Source: Candidatus Yaniella excrementavium
GTDB lineage: Bacteria; Actinomycetota; Actinomycetes; Actinomycetales; Micrococcaceae
DNA: 64,000 bases
Direction of reading: 5' to 3'
Assembly (NCBI GenBank): GCA_019115865.1
Contig: DXCT01000005.1
Span: 26,057 to 90,056 of the forward strand
In this document: one piece after another, positions 54,209 through 64,000 of the stretch
Numbering within the stretch: the first letter of the stretch is position 1
Layout: each line of letters opens with the position of its first letter
Notes under the pieces: generated by a model
The model's input: the letters and a program-made list of their open reading frames with translations, nothing else
What the model was told of the DNA's origin: nothing
Database searches by the model: none
Translations under genes and position numbers: made by a program

Positions 54209-55049
54209 GCTTGTCACCGACGTCGTCGAACGTGCCCTGACCGAGGACTGTCCCTGGGGTGATGCCACAGTCAGCGCATCAATTCCAGCTGACCTCGACT
54301 TCCAGGCGAATCTTGTGGCACGGGAGCCAGGATTTTTTGCTGGTGGTGCAGTGCTCGTTGAAACCTTCCACCAGGTCGATCCTCGGATCGATATCACAAA
54401 TTTGGTCCCCGACGGCACAGCCTTTTCTCGCGGGAGCGTGCTCGCATCCGTAGCTGGCCCAGCAGCTGGGATTCTTACCGGCGAGCGGGTAGCCCTAAAC
54501 TTTGTCCAACGCCTCAGTGGTATCGCCACGTTAACCTCGTTATTTGCTTCACAGATTGCAGCCACGGGCGCGCATGCACGCATTGCAGACACCCGAAAAA
54601 CCACACCTGGTTTGAGAGCGCTGGAAAAACACGCCGTCACCGCGGGTGGCGGCATCAATCACCGCTTCGGTTTGTCCGATGCCATCATGCTCAAAGACAA
54701 TCATCTGGCCGCACTGGGAGCTACCGCAAACAGCGCACTGACCGACGCAATCCAGCGGGTTAAGGCCCAGGTTGGGCACACCACCTCGATCATCGTGGAA
54801 GTTGATCAACTAGCACAAATTGAACCCGTGGTGGCTGCCGGAGTCACCGGGATTCTCTTGGATAACTTCTCTGTGCAAGAGCTGCGCAGCGGCGTTGAAA
54901 TTGTTAATAGTCGGTGCACAACCGAAGCTTCCGGCGGCATTGATTTGGATGGTGTCGCAGATATTGCCACCACCGGAGTGGATATTATTTCGGTTGGTGC
55001 TATCACTCACGGAGCCAACGCACTTGACCTGGGATTGGACGCAAGCTGA
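54195..55049 (+). CDS. nadC: Nicotinate-nucleotide diphosphorylase (carboxylating)
   Basis: ERVALN, DTRKTTPG, HRFGL, KDNH, LLDN, EASGG. Confidence 0.95.
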   Translation: MLTSKLVTDVVERALTEDCPWGDATVSASIPADLDFQANLVAREPGFFAGGAVLVETFHQVDPRIDITNLVPDGTAFSRGSVLASVAGPAAGILTGERVALNFVQRLSGIATLTSLFASQIAATGAHARIADTRKTTPGLRALEKHAVTAGGGINHRFGLSDAIMLKDNHLAALGATANSALTDAIQRVKAQVGHTTSIIVEVDQLAQIEPVVAAGVTGILLDNFSVQELRSGVEIVNSRCTTEASGGIDLDGVADIATTGVDIISVGAITHGANALDLGLDAS

Positions 55050-56206
55050 TGTACTACCTTGATGCAGCGGCTACGGCGCCGCTTAGACCAGCAGCGCGCC
55101 GCGCTATGCTCACAGCCTTAGAGGGTGCACCAGCCAACGCTTCTTCCGTGCATACACCCGGTCAGCTGGCTAAGGATGTGTTACGTCAGGCCAGACAGCA
55201 GGTGGCAACTGCCCTGGGCGCACGTGAGACTGAAGTTGTCTTCACTTCCGGTGGCACAGAAGCCAACAACTTGCTCCTCAAGGGGGTTGCTCTGGCGGCA
55301 CCGCGCGGTAAACACATTGTTACCTCCGCCATCGAACATTCATCAGTGCGTCAGACGTGTGCTTTCCTGTCACAGTTTGCGGGTTTTGAAATCACTGAAA
55401 TCCCCGTGGACACATACGGCCGGGTGAACGAAACCGCTGCACTGAACGCTATTCGGGATGACACCACGCTGGTATCAATCGCTCTGGCAAACGGCGAGAT
55501 CGGTACCGTCCAATCATTGGATCGCATCGGGCAAGCAGCCCAGTCCTCGGGGGCTGTCATGCACACAGACGCTGTGCAAGCAGCCGCTGTTCTCCCAATA
55601 CATTTTGCCACCGCAGGTTGGCCCGGTGCATTTGTCGATGCCATGTCCGTCGCATCGCACAAATATGGTGGTCCACAGGGTGCAGGCGCATTACTACTGC
55701 GCCGTGGGATACCTCTTGAGCCGCTCCTACACGGCGGCGGACAAGAGACCGGGCAACGTTCCGGCACGGAAAATATTGCAGCTCTGGCTGGTTTCGGAGC
55801 CGCTGTCGCTTCGCTAACGCAGCATGCTGGGACCCGAGCGCAGGCCCTAATGGCACAACGCGATACCCTGGTGCGCCAGGTACTCCAAAACGTTCCGGGC
55901 GCGCAACTTACCGGCCATCCAACAGAGCGTGCGCCAAACCATGCCTCATTTGTCATCGAGGGAATTTCTGGGGAGTCGCTGTTAGTGGATCTGGATATAG
56001 CTGGCGTCTCTGCCTCATCTGGCTCCGCTTGTTCAGCAGGCAAGAAGGACCCATCCCAGGTCCTGCTGGCGATGGGCTATCCGCCGGATCTGGCAGTCAC
56101 AGCGCTACGCTTTACGTTGCCTGATCCACTAGAAGACCCTGTATTTCAGCAGCTTATGGACCATGTGCTCCAAGTACTCGGGTCTCACACCGCGTCTGTA
56201 CGCTAA
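55049..56206 (+). CDS. nifS: Cysteine desulfurase (IscS/NifS type, nad-associated)
   Basis: YLDAAAT, FTSGGTEAN, IEH, HTDAVQ, SHKYGGP, SSGSAC. Confidence 0.9.
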   Translation: MYYLDAAATAPLRPAARRAMLTALEGAPANASSVHTPGQLAKDVLRQARQQVATALGARETEVVFTSGGTEANNLLLKGVALAAPRGKHIVTSAIEHSSVRQTCAFLSQFAGFEITEIPVDTYGRVNETAALNAIRDDTTLVSIALANGEIGTVQSLDRIGQAAQSSGAVMHTDAVQAAAVLPIHFATAGWPGAFVDAMSVASHKYGGPQGAGALLLRRGIPLEPLLHGGGQETGQRSGTENIAALAGFGAAVASLTQHAGTRAQALMAQRDTLVRQVLQNVPGAQLTGHPTERAPNHASFVIEGISGESLLVDLDIAGVSASSGSACSAGKKDPSQVLLAMGYPPDLAVTALRFTLPDPLEDPVFQQLMDHVLQVLGSHTASVR

Positions 56207-56273
56207 CAGTTTCTAGCTGAGATAAACCATCGCTCCTTCTTGACTTCATTCTCATGCCGCGTAGGGTACCAAG

Positions 56274-56289
56274 TGAGATGCACATCACA
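56274..56289. promoter_or_regulatory. CRP/GlxR-like site upstream of acs
   Basis: TGAGA-tgcaca-TCACA, 9/10 to consensus. Confidence 0.55.
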
Positions 56290-56316
56290 GAGATGCTTGG
56301 TATATAGGAGTACGTC

Positions 56317-58272
56317 ATGGCAGAGAATCCGACCATTGAAGAACTCAGTCACGAAGATAGAACGTTTCCTCCACCGCCAGAATTTGCGGCCAATGCGAAC
56401 GCTACCGTTGCCGAATATGAGCACGCCGAAAGCGACCGGCTCGGCTTCTGGAGCGAAAAAGCTAACCGCATTACCTGGGACACCTCGTTTGACGAAGTCC
56501 TAGATTGGTCAGAAGCACCGTTTGCAAAATGGTACACCGGCGGAAAGCTCAACGCGGCATATAATTGCGTAGATCGACACGTCGAGGCAGGCCTCGGCGA
56601 TCGCGTGGCATATTATTTCGTCGGTGAAGGCGGCGATACTCGCACCATCACCTATTCAGACCTGTTGCGCGAAGTATCGAAAGCCGCGAATGCGCTAATC
56701 GAGCTGGGCGTCAAGGCCGGCGACCGGGTGGCTCTTTATATGCCAATGATCCCCGAAACGGTCTACGCGATGCTGGCGTGTGCCCGCATCGGTGCCCCAC
56801 ATACCGTTATCTTCGGTGGCTTCTCCGACCGTGCGATCGCAGACCGCATTCAGGACTGCGGCGTAGAAGTCGTTGTTACCGCCGATGGTGGCTACCGTCG
56901 CGGCAAAGCCGGCGGGCTCAAGACCACCGTCGATAAGGCCATTGAGGACCTTCCCCAGGTCCGCAATGTACTGGTGGTGCAACGCACCGGACAGGAGATC
57001 GACTGGGACAACGATCGGGATCTGTGGTGGCACGAGATCGTCGATCGCCAAAGTGACGAGCACACACCAGAGGCGTTCGATGCGGAGCACCCGCTGTACA
57101 TCATGTACTCCTCGGGTACAACCGGGAAGCCGAAGGGGATCATGCACACCACAGGTGGTTACCTGGTGGGCACGTCCTACACCCATTGGGCGGTATTTGA
57201 TATCAAGCCTGAAACCGATATCTTCTGGACGGCCGCAGACATCGGCTGGGTCACCGGGCACTCGTACATCGTGTATGGCCCACTGCTCAATGCCACCACC
57301 TCGGTCTTATATGAAGGGACCCCGGATACCCCGCACCGAGGTCGCTGGTGGGAAATTGTGCAAGACTACGAGGTGACGGTCTTGTACTGCGCGCCCACAA
57401 GTATTCGAACCTTCATGAAGTGGGGCCGCGACATTCCAGCCGACTACGACCTCTCGTCACTGCGGCTATTGGGCAGCGTTGGTGAACCGATCAACCCCGA
57501 AGCGTGGATGTGGTACCGCGAGCATATCGGCGGCAACGCCTGTCCGATTGTTGACACGTGGTGGCAAACCGAAAACGGCAACATACTCATCAGTCCCCTG
57601 CCCGGAGTCACCGCCACAAAACCCGGGGCCGCTATGCGTGCGCTGCCCGGTGTTGTGGCCGATGTCTTTGATGAGGCAGGCAACTCCGTAGAACGTGGTC
57701 AGGGTGGCTATCTGGTGATTACCGAACCGTGGCCGGGCATGCTGCGCACCCTGTGGGGTGACAAAGAACGGTATAAGAAAACCTATTGGTCACAGTATCC
57801 CGGCGTATATTTCGCCGGTGACGGCGCAAAGATCGATAAAGACGGCGATATCTGGGTTCTGGGACGCGTTGACGATGTGCTCAATGTTTCTGGTCATCGT
57901 ATGTCGACCACCGAGATCGAATCTGCGCTGGTGTCGCACGACATGGTTGCTGAAGCTGCCGTGGTCGGTGCCGCCGATGAGACGACAGGTCACGCCATCG
58001 AAGCGTTTGTGATCTTACGCGAAAGTGCAGCCGACAACGACGACGTCGTCAAGGAACTGCGAGATCACGTGCGCGCATCGATCGGGCCGATTGCAACACC
58101 GCGCGGCATCATGGTGGTACCTGACCTACCAAAAACACGGTCAGGCAAAATCATGCGTCGGCTCCTCAAGGATGTGGCAGAGGACCGTGAGGTCGGTGAT
58201 GTGACCACCCTGGCTGATGCATCAGTGATGGAGCGAATCCAAGAAGAAATTCGTAGTCGCCCAAAAAGCTAA
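56317..58272 (+). CDS. acs: Acetate--CoA ligase
   Basis: YSSGTTGKPKG, DIGWVTGHSY, VGEPINP, DTWWQTE, GRVDD, PKTRSGKIMRR. Confidence 0.96.
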   Translation: MAENPTIEELSHEDRTFPPPPEFAANANATVAEYEHAESDRLGFWSEKANRITWDTSFDEVLDWSEAPFAKWYTGGKLNAAYNCVDRHVEAGLGDRVAYYFVGEGGDTRTITYSDLLREVSKAANALIELGVKAGDRVALYMPMIPETVYAMLACARIGAPHTVIFGGFSDRAIADRIQDCGVEVVVTADGGYRRGKAGGLKTTVDKAIEDLPQVRNVLVVQRTGQEIDWDNDRDLWWHEIVDRQSDEHTPEAFDAEHPLYIMYSSGTTGKPKGIMHTTGGYLVGTSYTHWAVFDIKPETDIFWTAADIGWVTGHSYIVYGPLLNATTSVLYEGTPDTPHRGRWWEIVQDYEVTVLYCAPTSIRTFMKWGRDIPADYDLSSLRLLGSVGEPINPEAWMWYREHIGGNACPIVDTWWQTENGNILISPLPGVTATKPGAAMRALPGVVADVFDEAGNSVERGQGGYLVITEPWPGMLRTLWGDKERYKKTYWSQYPGVYFAGDGAKIDKDGDIWVLGRVDDVLNVSGHRMSTTEIESALVSHDMVAEAAVVGAADETTGHAIEAFVILRESAADNDDVVKELRDHVRASIGPIATPRGIMVVPDLPKTRSGKIMRRLLKDVAEDREVGDVTTLADASVMERIQEEIRSRPKS

Positions 58273-58274
58273 CT

Positions 58275-59246
58275 TCAACAGCTACGATCATGCACAACGC
58301 GAGGTACAACGTTGATCAAGATCACCATGATGATCAACTCCACTAGCGTCTGAGTTACCACTACCAGCGGAGCCAAACTGTACTTGGCTGGCAACGCTAG
58401 CACCAGTGGGAGGATCACCAGAGAATTTCTGGTGACGCCACTAAAAACCAGCGAACGCCGCTTGGCAACGTCTAACGCTGCTGCCCGTCCGATCCAGGAG
58501 CTTACGGGAACCATGATGCCAGCGAAAAGGATATATACCGCAACGGCAAGCATCAGATCACCAAGCTGATGACCGACACTTGCAATATGAGCTGCCACGA
58601 CGACGCCAAGGGTAGCGGTCATCAATGGCACCATCAGTGCGGCACCCGCCGCGCCGATGGTGCTCGCATGCTGTCGACGTAGTGCCAACGCCTGGGTCAG
58701 CGCAGCCAAGGTTAATGGAATGACGATGATCCAAATGAAGGTGTCGATAAACGGCCCCGGTTCCATGGACCGGATAAATCCCGGGCCCAAGAACAACCAC
58801 AAATATCCCGGCAGCAGTATCAATTGCACGAGCATGAGCACCGGGGCTGCGGCTAGCAGACTCTGGGCATCACCTTTCGCTAAACCTGCGAAGACGATGA
58901 CATAGTCGATACAAGGGGTCAGTAAAACACAAAGCAGTCCAACCAGAACTACATGTTCGTGTGCAACGATTCGAGAAATGCACCACACGATGACGGGCAC
59001 AACCACAAAGTTGAGCACCAACACGGAGGCCATGAACTTCCAGTCTTTGAATGCGGCGGTAACGTTAGCCAAGGGCATTCCGAGGAAGGTGACGTAAAGC
59101 ACCAGCGCCAAGAGCGGCATGACGGCGCCCTCCGCGACAGGTGCAGCCGCTGGCGAACTCAAACCGAGGCACCCGCCAAGGCCCAGTCCAAAGAGATACC
59201 ACCATATTTGATGGCGCTGAATCCACTGCACCAGCTGATGAGTCAC
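58275..59246 (-). CDS. Acr3/bile acid:sodium symporter superfamily transporter
   Basis: LNFVVVP, LLTPCIDY, TRNSL, QTLVEL; about 10 TM. Confidence 0.78.
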   Translation of the reverse strand: MTHQLVQWIQRHQIWWYLFGLGLGGCLGLSSPAAAPVAEGAVMPLLALVLYVTFLGMPLANVTAAFKDWKFMASVLVLNFVVVPVIVWCISRIVAHEHVVLVGLLCVLLTPCIDYVIVFAGLAKGDAQSLLAAAPVLMLVQLILLPGYLWLFLGPGFIRSMEPGPFIDTFIWIIVIPLTLAALTQALALRRQHASTIGAAGAALMVPLMTATLGVVVAAHIASVGHQLGDLMLAVAVYILFAGIMVPVSSWIGRAAALDVAKRRSLVFSGVTRNSLVILPLVLALPAKYSLAPLVVVTQTLVELIIMVILINVVPRVVHDRSC

Positions 59247-59264
59247 GGGGTGACCCTGCGGAAA

Positions 59265-59579
59265 CTATCCAACTTCAACCAGGATCACACCGACCATAAT
59301 CAACACCAACCCTAATATCATGCGTGGGGTCAGCTTTTCTTTCCAAATGAGCCGTGCAAGCAACGCAATGCATGCGACACCGGCCGCGGACCAGATGCCA
59401 TATGCGATAGCTATCGGCATACCTGCCACCAGGGCCAGTGCCAGGCAAAAGAAGGCGACGGCATAGAAAACTGCCATCGGAATGATCCAACGTTTTTTCT
59501 TAAAGCCCTCGGTTGCGCGCAGGCTCAACGTCGCGATCACTTCAGCAACGATGGCAAAAGCAAGATAAAGCCAACTCAT
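59265..59579 (-). CDS. SMR/DMT small multidrug efflux subunit
   Basis: AIVAEV (TM1 Glu), AYGIW, four TM. Confidence 0.88.
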   Translation of the reverse strand: MSWLYLAFAIVAEVIATLSLRATEGFKKKRWIIPMAVFYAVAFFCLALALVAGMPIAIAYGIWSAAGVACIALLARLIWKEKLTPRMILGLVLIMVGVILVEVG

Positions 59580-59923
59580 GATTCGACCACCTGTGGACGC
59601 TCTGGCGCTCTTTCCCCGGCTTGGACGAGATACACGCCGACGATAAGCACTACAACACCCACAATGGCAGGCAGACTCAGGGTCTCACCAAACAAGGCCG
59701 CCCCCAGGATAGCAACCAACGCCACACCGGCTGCGGCCCAAATACCATAGGCCACACCGATTGGCATGCCTTCGCCAAGTGCAAACCCCAGCAGAGTGAA
59801 CGCAAGCAAATATCCAGCAATAACGCCCACTGCCCACCACGGTTGGTCAATTGCCGCACGTAAAGCCATCGTGCCAAGCACTTCGGCAACGACCGCTCCA
59901 AAAACCAACAGCCATCGTTTCAT
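59576..59923 (-). CDS. SMR/DMT small multidrug efflux subunit (paired)
   Basis: AVVAEV, PIGVAYGIW; ATGA overlap with partner. Confidence 0.88.
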   Translation of the reverse strand: MKRWLLVFGAVVAEVLGTMALRAAIDQPWWAVGVIAGYLLAFTLLGFALGEGMPIGVAYGIWAAAGVALVAILGAALFGETLSLPAIVGVVVLIVGVYLVQAGERAPERPQVVES

Positions 59924-60022
59924 TCCTGGGTGGACCTACTTTTCATCGTCGTTCGGGCACCCCTACTCTAGCAACCTTGCATCTTGCAGAAACCCGCTCC
60001 GATATCGGAGCTTGCGACAACC

Positions 60023-61351
60023 TCAAGTCTTGGAAACCTCTGGAAGACGGGATCCGGCAAATACCCCTACAAACCCGACAACGGCGAGAAACAACAAGGT
60101 GAGAAGCAGGTGGAACATTGCAAGCAATGAGCTCACGCCGCCAACAACCAGCAGTACGATGCCCAGTGCTGTATTGGATACCGCTACGTAGGTGGTCCGT
60201 TGACCGCCTTCTGCCATATCAACGACGTATGTTTTGCGACCGACACGGACCCCGGTGTGCATCAGGGTCAGTGAGAAATACGCTGCGATAAAGAAGAGGT
60301 TGGTGTACCAGTTGTCCCCCAGAACCTTCGGTATGGCTGCTGCGATTACCACGAGCATCAGGATGCTCGAAGCTATCCCGGCGCCGATACTCATCAGCCA
60401 TTTACTCGATCGATCAGCTACCCGCCCAAAAATGCGACCACCGATCAGGGCCGCAACCCCTGAAGCGATAATGAATCCGCCAAGACCCGCGAGACTCTTC
60501 GCACCGTATTGGACCGATAGAGTGACCAGGAATGGCGGACTCAGCGACGAGACCAACAACAAGCTGCGCACCGTGACAAAGTGCCGGAAGGGTTTATCGT
60601 CGCGAATCAAATGGTACATCTGCACGAAGGTATTCGCGGTCTGGGTATCGATATCCGATGCTGTATTTTGAGCTGTCTGTTGCGGTTCACGAATTCCGGT
60701 GTAGACCAAAGAAACGCCGATCCATAGAGCAGCTCCCATAGCCAAGAACCAGGCAAGTGCTACGTTTGAGAGGTCTTGACCGCCATATATTCGTATACCA
60801 AGACCCAGTGTAATCGCGACGAGTCCAGCTGCTGTCGTCGCCAAACCGTTGATTTGGCCGCGTTCGCCTTTGGGCACGGTCCGGCCCTGAACATCTTTGG
60901 ATGCAATCGAAGACAAGCACCTGCCCAGCGAGAAAACGATCAGTGCACTAAGAATGCTGATACCTGCGGTGAGGCCTTCGGCCAGTGCCGCAATCAAAGC
61001 CATCGCGCCCACGGAAACAGCCTGTGTCAGAGCACCGACAATAAACACCCACTTGCGATAAGACGTACGCAACACCAGTGGCGTAATAAACGCTTGCGGC
61101 AGCATCGATCCGGCCTCACGGATAGGTACAAGCAGACCGGTCAGCGCCGCGGGCACCCCGAGCGTGGCGAAGAGCCACGGCAGCACAGTTGAGGCATTGA
61201 CCATTTGGTCGCCCGAAGACTGCAAGGCATTCGCGGAGACAATACGTATACCGTTGGACGCCACATATGGGCGAACCTCTGAGGGCAGCTGAACTTCACC
61301 CTCGTGGTTCCGATGCATCAGACTCGAGTAGAGTCGCTCTATTTTGCTCAC
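60023..61351 (-). CDS. MFS-type permease
   Basis: About 12 TM, VLPW, PIREAGSMLPQ, GRVADRSS; GTG 61351 after TAGCCT. Confidence 0.8.
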   Translation of the reverse strand: MSKIERLYSSLMHRNHEGEVQLPSEVRPYVASNGIRIVSANALQSSGDQMVNASTVLPWLFATLGVPAALTGLLVPIREAGSMLPQAFITPLVLRTSYRKWVFIVGALTQAVSVGAMALIAALAEGLTAGISILSALIVFSLGRCLSSIASKDVQGRTVPKGERGQINGLATTAAGLVAITLGLGIRIYGGQDLSNVALAWFLAMGAALWIGVSLVYTGIREPQQTAQNTASDIDTQTANTFVQMYHLIRDDKPFRHFVTVRSLLLVSSLSPPFLVTLSVQYGAKSLAGLGGFIIASGVAALIGGRIFGRVADRSSKWLMSIGAGIASSILMLVVIAAAIPKVLGDNWYTNLFFIAAYFSLTLMHTGVRVGRKTYVVDMAEGGQRTTYVAVSNTALGIVLLVVGGVSSLLAMFHLLLTLLFLAVVGFVGVFAGSRLPEVSKT

Positions 61352-61468
61352 GCTCAAAGGCTAGTCGGTCGGTGATCAATCAACCAGCAAGCTTAGGTGA
61401 ACCTATCCCAACTACAGTGGTACCTGAAAAGACGACGACTTAACTATTTAGGAGCATGGAGGTAGGCG

Positions 61469-62389
61469 GTGCCAGAAGGTGACTCAATTGTCCGACTAGC
61501 CCATCGACTCCGGCCCATTATGCAAGGCAAGGTGTTACAGAACACTGATTTTCGAACACCTCGGTTGGCGGCATTAGATCTGGAAAATTGGCTCGTGGAA
61601 GACATCGTCACCACCGGCAAGTACCTGTCGATGAACGTGCAAGCGCCAAGCCCTACTCGACTCGTCAATGACAGTCTTGTTGTTCTGTCACATTTAGGCA
61701 TGGACGGTTCCTGGCAGGTCGATGCCCGCCCAACGCACCATACTCGGTGTATTTTCACCTTTACCGATCATCAAGTCCTCGGTTTTTCGCTGGCCTCCCT
61801 GGACGTGCTACCGTACGACATCACCCAGGAGAGGTTGGCCAGGCTTGGCCCAGATATTTTAGATATCGGGTGGCAGGACCCGGTCACAGCAGAAACTCTG
61901 GTGGCTCAAGTGTTGAAGAATTTTCGACAAACGGTGGATCAGCACATTGCTACGGCGCTTCTCGATCAGCGCCTTGTGGCAGGCATCGGCAATATTTACC
62001 GCTGCGAGGTGCTGCTACTTGCCCGGATTCATCCGTATCGGATGCTATCCGAACTTACGGATGACCAGCTCACCGGACTCATCAAGCTGTGCCATGAGCT
62101 GCTGACGCTGAATATTCCACCGATTGCCGATGAGCAAACCCGACGGTCCACCGTTGATATCCGTTCAGACCCAAGCGCGTCATTTGGCATTCGGATAGCA
62201 AATGCAACAGAACGGGCACGGGCTCGCGCTGATCGCCGCCATCGCCGAAATGCACCTGCATACTGGGTATATGGACGACAACGCGAGGGATGTCTGCGGT
62301 GCGGTCAGCAGATACGAACCGATGTACTCGGTACAGATCCGATAACCAAGCGAAACATCACCTGGTGTCCGAACTGTCAACGCGACTAG
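61469..62389 (+). CDS. nei: Fpg/Nei family DNA glycosylase (Nei type)
   Basis: N-terminal PEG, HLGMDG, LLDQRLVAGIGNIY (H2TH), C4 zinc finger. Confidence 0.9.
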   Translation: MPEGDSIVRLAHRLRPIMQGKVLQNTDFRTPRLAALDLENWLVEDIVTTGKYLSMNVQAPSPTRLVNDSLVVLSHLGMDGSWQVDARPTHHTRCIFTFTDHQVLGFSLASLDVLPYDITQERLARLGPDILDIGWQDPVTAETLVAQVLKNFRQTVDQHIATALLDQRLVAGIGNIYRCEVLLLARIHPYRMLSELTDDQLTGLIKLCHELLTLNIPPIADEQTRRSTVDIRSDPSASFGIRIANATERARARADRRHRRNAPAYWVYGRQREGCLRCGQQIRTDVLGTDPITKRNITWCPNCQRD

Positions 62390-64000
62390 GTACGAACAGC
62401 ATGTTTGCCTGACTTCCGACTCAGTTTTGAAGGCCACCAGACGGCTCGGCCAATGTCGTAGGTCAAGGCAGGTACCAACAACGAGCGGACGATGAAGGTG
62501 TCAAGCAGTACACCGAAGGCCACAATAAAGGCCAACTGCACCAGGAAAAGGATCGGAATCACCGACAGCGCCGCAAATGTTGCGGCAAGTACCACCCCGG
62601 CAGAAGTGATGACACCACCGGTTACAGTCAGCCCACGCAGTACGCCTTGCCGAGTGCCGTGTTTCAGGGATTCTTCTCGCACACGGGTCATCAAGAAAAT
62701 GTTGTAGTCGATACCTAGTGCTACGAGGAATACGAAACCGAATAACGGAACCGCAGGATCTGCACCTGGGAAGTTAAACACACCGTTAAACATCAGCGCA
62801 GAAACCCCCATCGCGGTACCAAATGAAATGACCGTCGTCGCGATCAGCAAGACCGGTGCCAAGATCGAACGCAGCAGAATCATCAGAATACCTAGAATAA
62901 CGACCAGAATAATTGGAATGATGAGATTTCGGTCATCAATCGAGGCATCAATCGTATCGATATCGGTTGCGGTGACACCGCCTACCATGGCGCTGGGGGC
63001 CGCGTCGTCGAGATCAGAGCGAATGTCACGAACCGTTTCTACCGCAACCTGAGAGTCTGCAGCGGCCGTCAGGGTGCCCTGCATCAAAACGTGGTCATTG
63101 ACCACTGTGGGTTCTGGTTCGGGCGTACCCGGCGGTCCAGCAACTTCAATACCATCTTCAGTGATCGGGGCCGTGCCACTTGGCGAGTCTTCGGCAGTAA
63201 TTGCGACTTCTTCGATTTCAGGATGTGCAAGCAGTACATCAGCCACGGCGTCACGCTCGTCTTGGGCTGCAATAACCTGGAGCGGGCTTCCAGAGCCTGC
63301 TGGGAAGTGTTCACCCAGGACCTCTTGTCCATCCCGTGCATCAGACTGACCAAGCACAAGTTCTGATTGTGCAACTCCGTCAGCCTTGAGTTGAGTTGCT
63401 CCGGCGGCACCGACCAGTAACACTAGCGTGGTTACAATCCAAATGCTCCGAGGACGGTTCTTGACCTTCTGAGCAACGCTTGGCCATAGGCCCTTCCCCG
63501 GGATCCCCTGCTCTGCTGCCACATTGTCTGGATCATATTTCACACGCTTTGGCCAGAACGCGATCCGCCCGAAGGCGAACAGTATCGCGGGCAATAGCGT
63601 TAGTGCCGACGCCATCGCAAACACTATGCCGATGGAGGCAATTGGTCCCAATGTGCTGTTGGATTTCAGATCGCTCAACAATAGCATCAGCAGGCCAGCG
63701 ATCACGGTGCTCCCTGATGCAAGTATAGGTTCGATCGAACCTTTCAACGCGCGTAATGTTGCAGTCCACTTATCTGGAGTGGCACGCAGTTCTTCACGAT
63801 ACCGAGCCACCAATAACAGCGAATAGTCTGTTGCGGCCCCGATCACCAGAATGAACAAAATGCCCTGTGTCTGCCCGCTCAGCAGCACTACCTCCCATTT
63901 GGCCAACCACCACACCGTCAAAAGCGCTGCACACAAAGCAAAGAGGCTGGTAGACAGCACGGCGATCGGCAAAAGAAATGACCGATAAACGATGATTAAG
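62386..64000 (-). CDS. MMPL/RND family transporter (5' truncated by window edge)
   Basis: GAATDYSLLLVARYREEL, ALGIDYNIFL, TGGVITSAG, DTFIVRSLLVPAL. Confidence 0.92.
   Translation of the reverse strand, partial: LIIVYRSFLLPIAVLSTSLFALCAALLTVWWLAKWEVVLLSGQTQGILFILVIGAATDYSLLLVARYREELRATPDKWTATLRALKGSIEPILASGSTVIAGLLMLLLSDLKSNSTLGPIASIGIVFAMASALTLLPAILFAFGRIAFWPKRVKYDPDNVAAEQGIPGKGLWPSVAQKVKNRPRSIWIVTTLVLLVGAAGATQLKADGVAQSELVLGQSDARDGQEVLGEHFPAGSGSPLQVIAAQDERDAVADVLLAHPEIEEVAITAEDSPSGTAPITEDGIEVAGPPGTPEPEPTVVNDHVLMQGTLTAAADSQVAVETVRDIRSDLDDAAPSAMVGGVTATDIDTIDASIDDRNLIIPIILVVILGILMILLRSILAPVLLIATTVISFGTAMGVSALMFNGVFNFPGADPAVPLFGFVFLVALGIDYNIFLMTRVREESLKHGTRQGVLRGLTVTGGVITSAGVVLAATFAALSVIPILFLVQLAFIVAFGVLLDTFIVRSLLVPALTYDIGRAVWWPSKLSRKSGKHAVRT

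Noticed and set aside
56317-58272. acs looks somewhat more GC-rich, suggesting horizontal transfer
   Set aside because: Not quantified, no mobility signatures, and codon bias of a highly expressed gene would explain it
59924-60022. Guanidine-III riboswitch upstream of the SMR pair
   Set aside because: The conserved motif pattern is not recognisable in this short leader

Overview
64 kb of core chromosome from an actinobacterium, most likely Micrococcaceae. This is inferred from gene order (glmU-prs-rplY-pth-mfd, birA/accD-accE-maf-accA, ligA-gatCAB), a SAM-IV riboswitch, several leaderless-looking genes and GC in roughly the mid-50s by eye. I found about 60 CDS, one tRNA-Gln(TTG) and no mobile element, prophage or CRISPR array. 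The standout is gatA. Its frame is intact and coupled to gatC and gatB, and the GatB-contacting helices are conserved, but all three residues of the amidase Ser-cisSer-Lys triad are gone (Lys to Ala, GGS(S/G)GGS loop deleted, DTGGS to DTAGT). That suggests a glutaminase-dead GatA scaffold and possibly ammonia-fed tRNA transamidation. Secondary observations: a Balon/baeRF-like ribosome factor, a structured rplY leader, a MabR/FasR-type operator before accA, CRP/GlxR-like sites before two acyl-CoA ligases, an NrtR operator and a tandem acyltransferase-3 pair. All calls come from motif recognition by eye; no searches were run.
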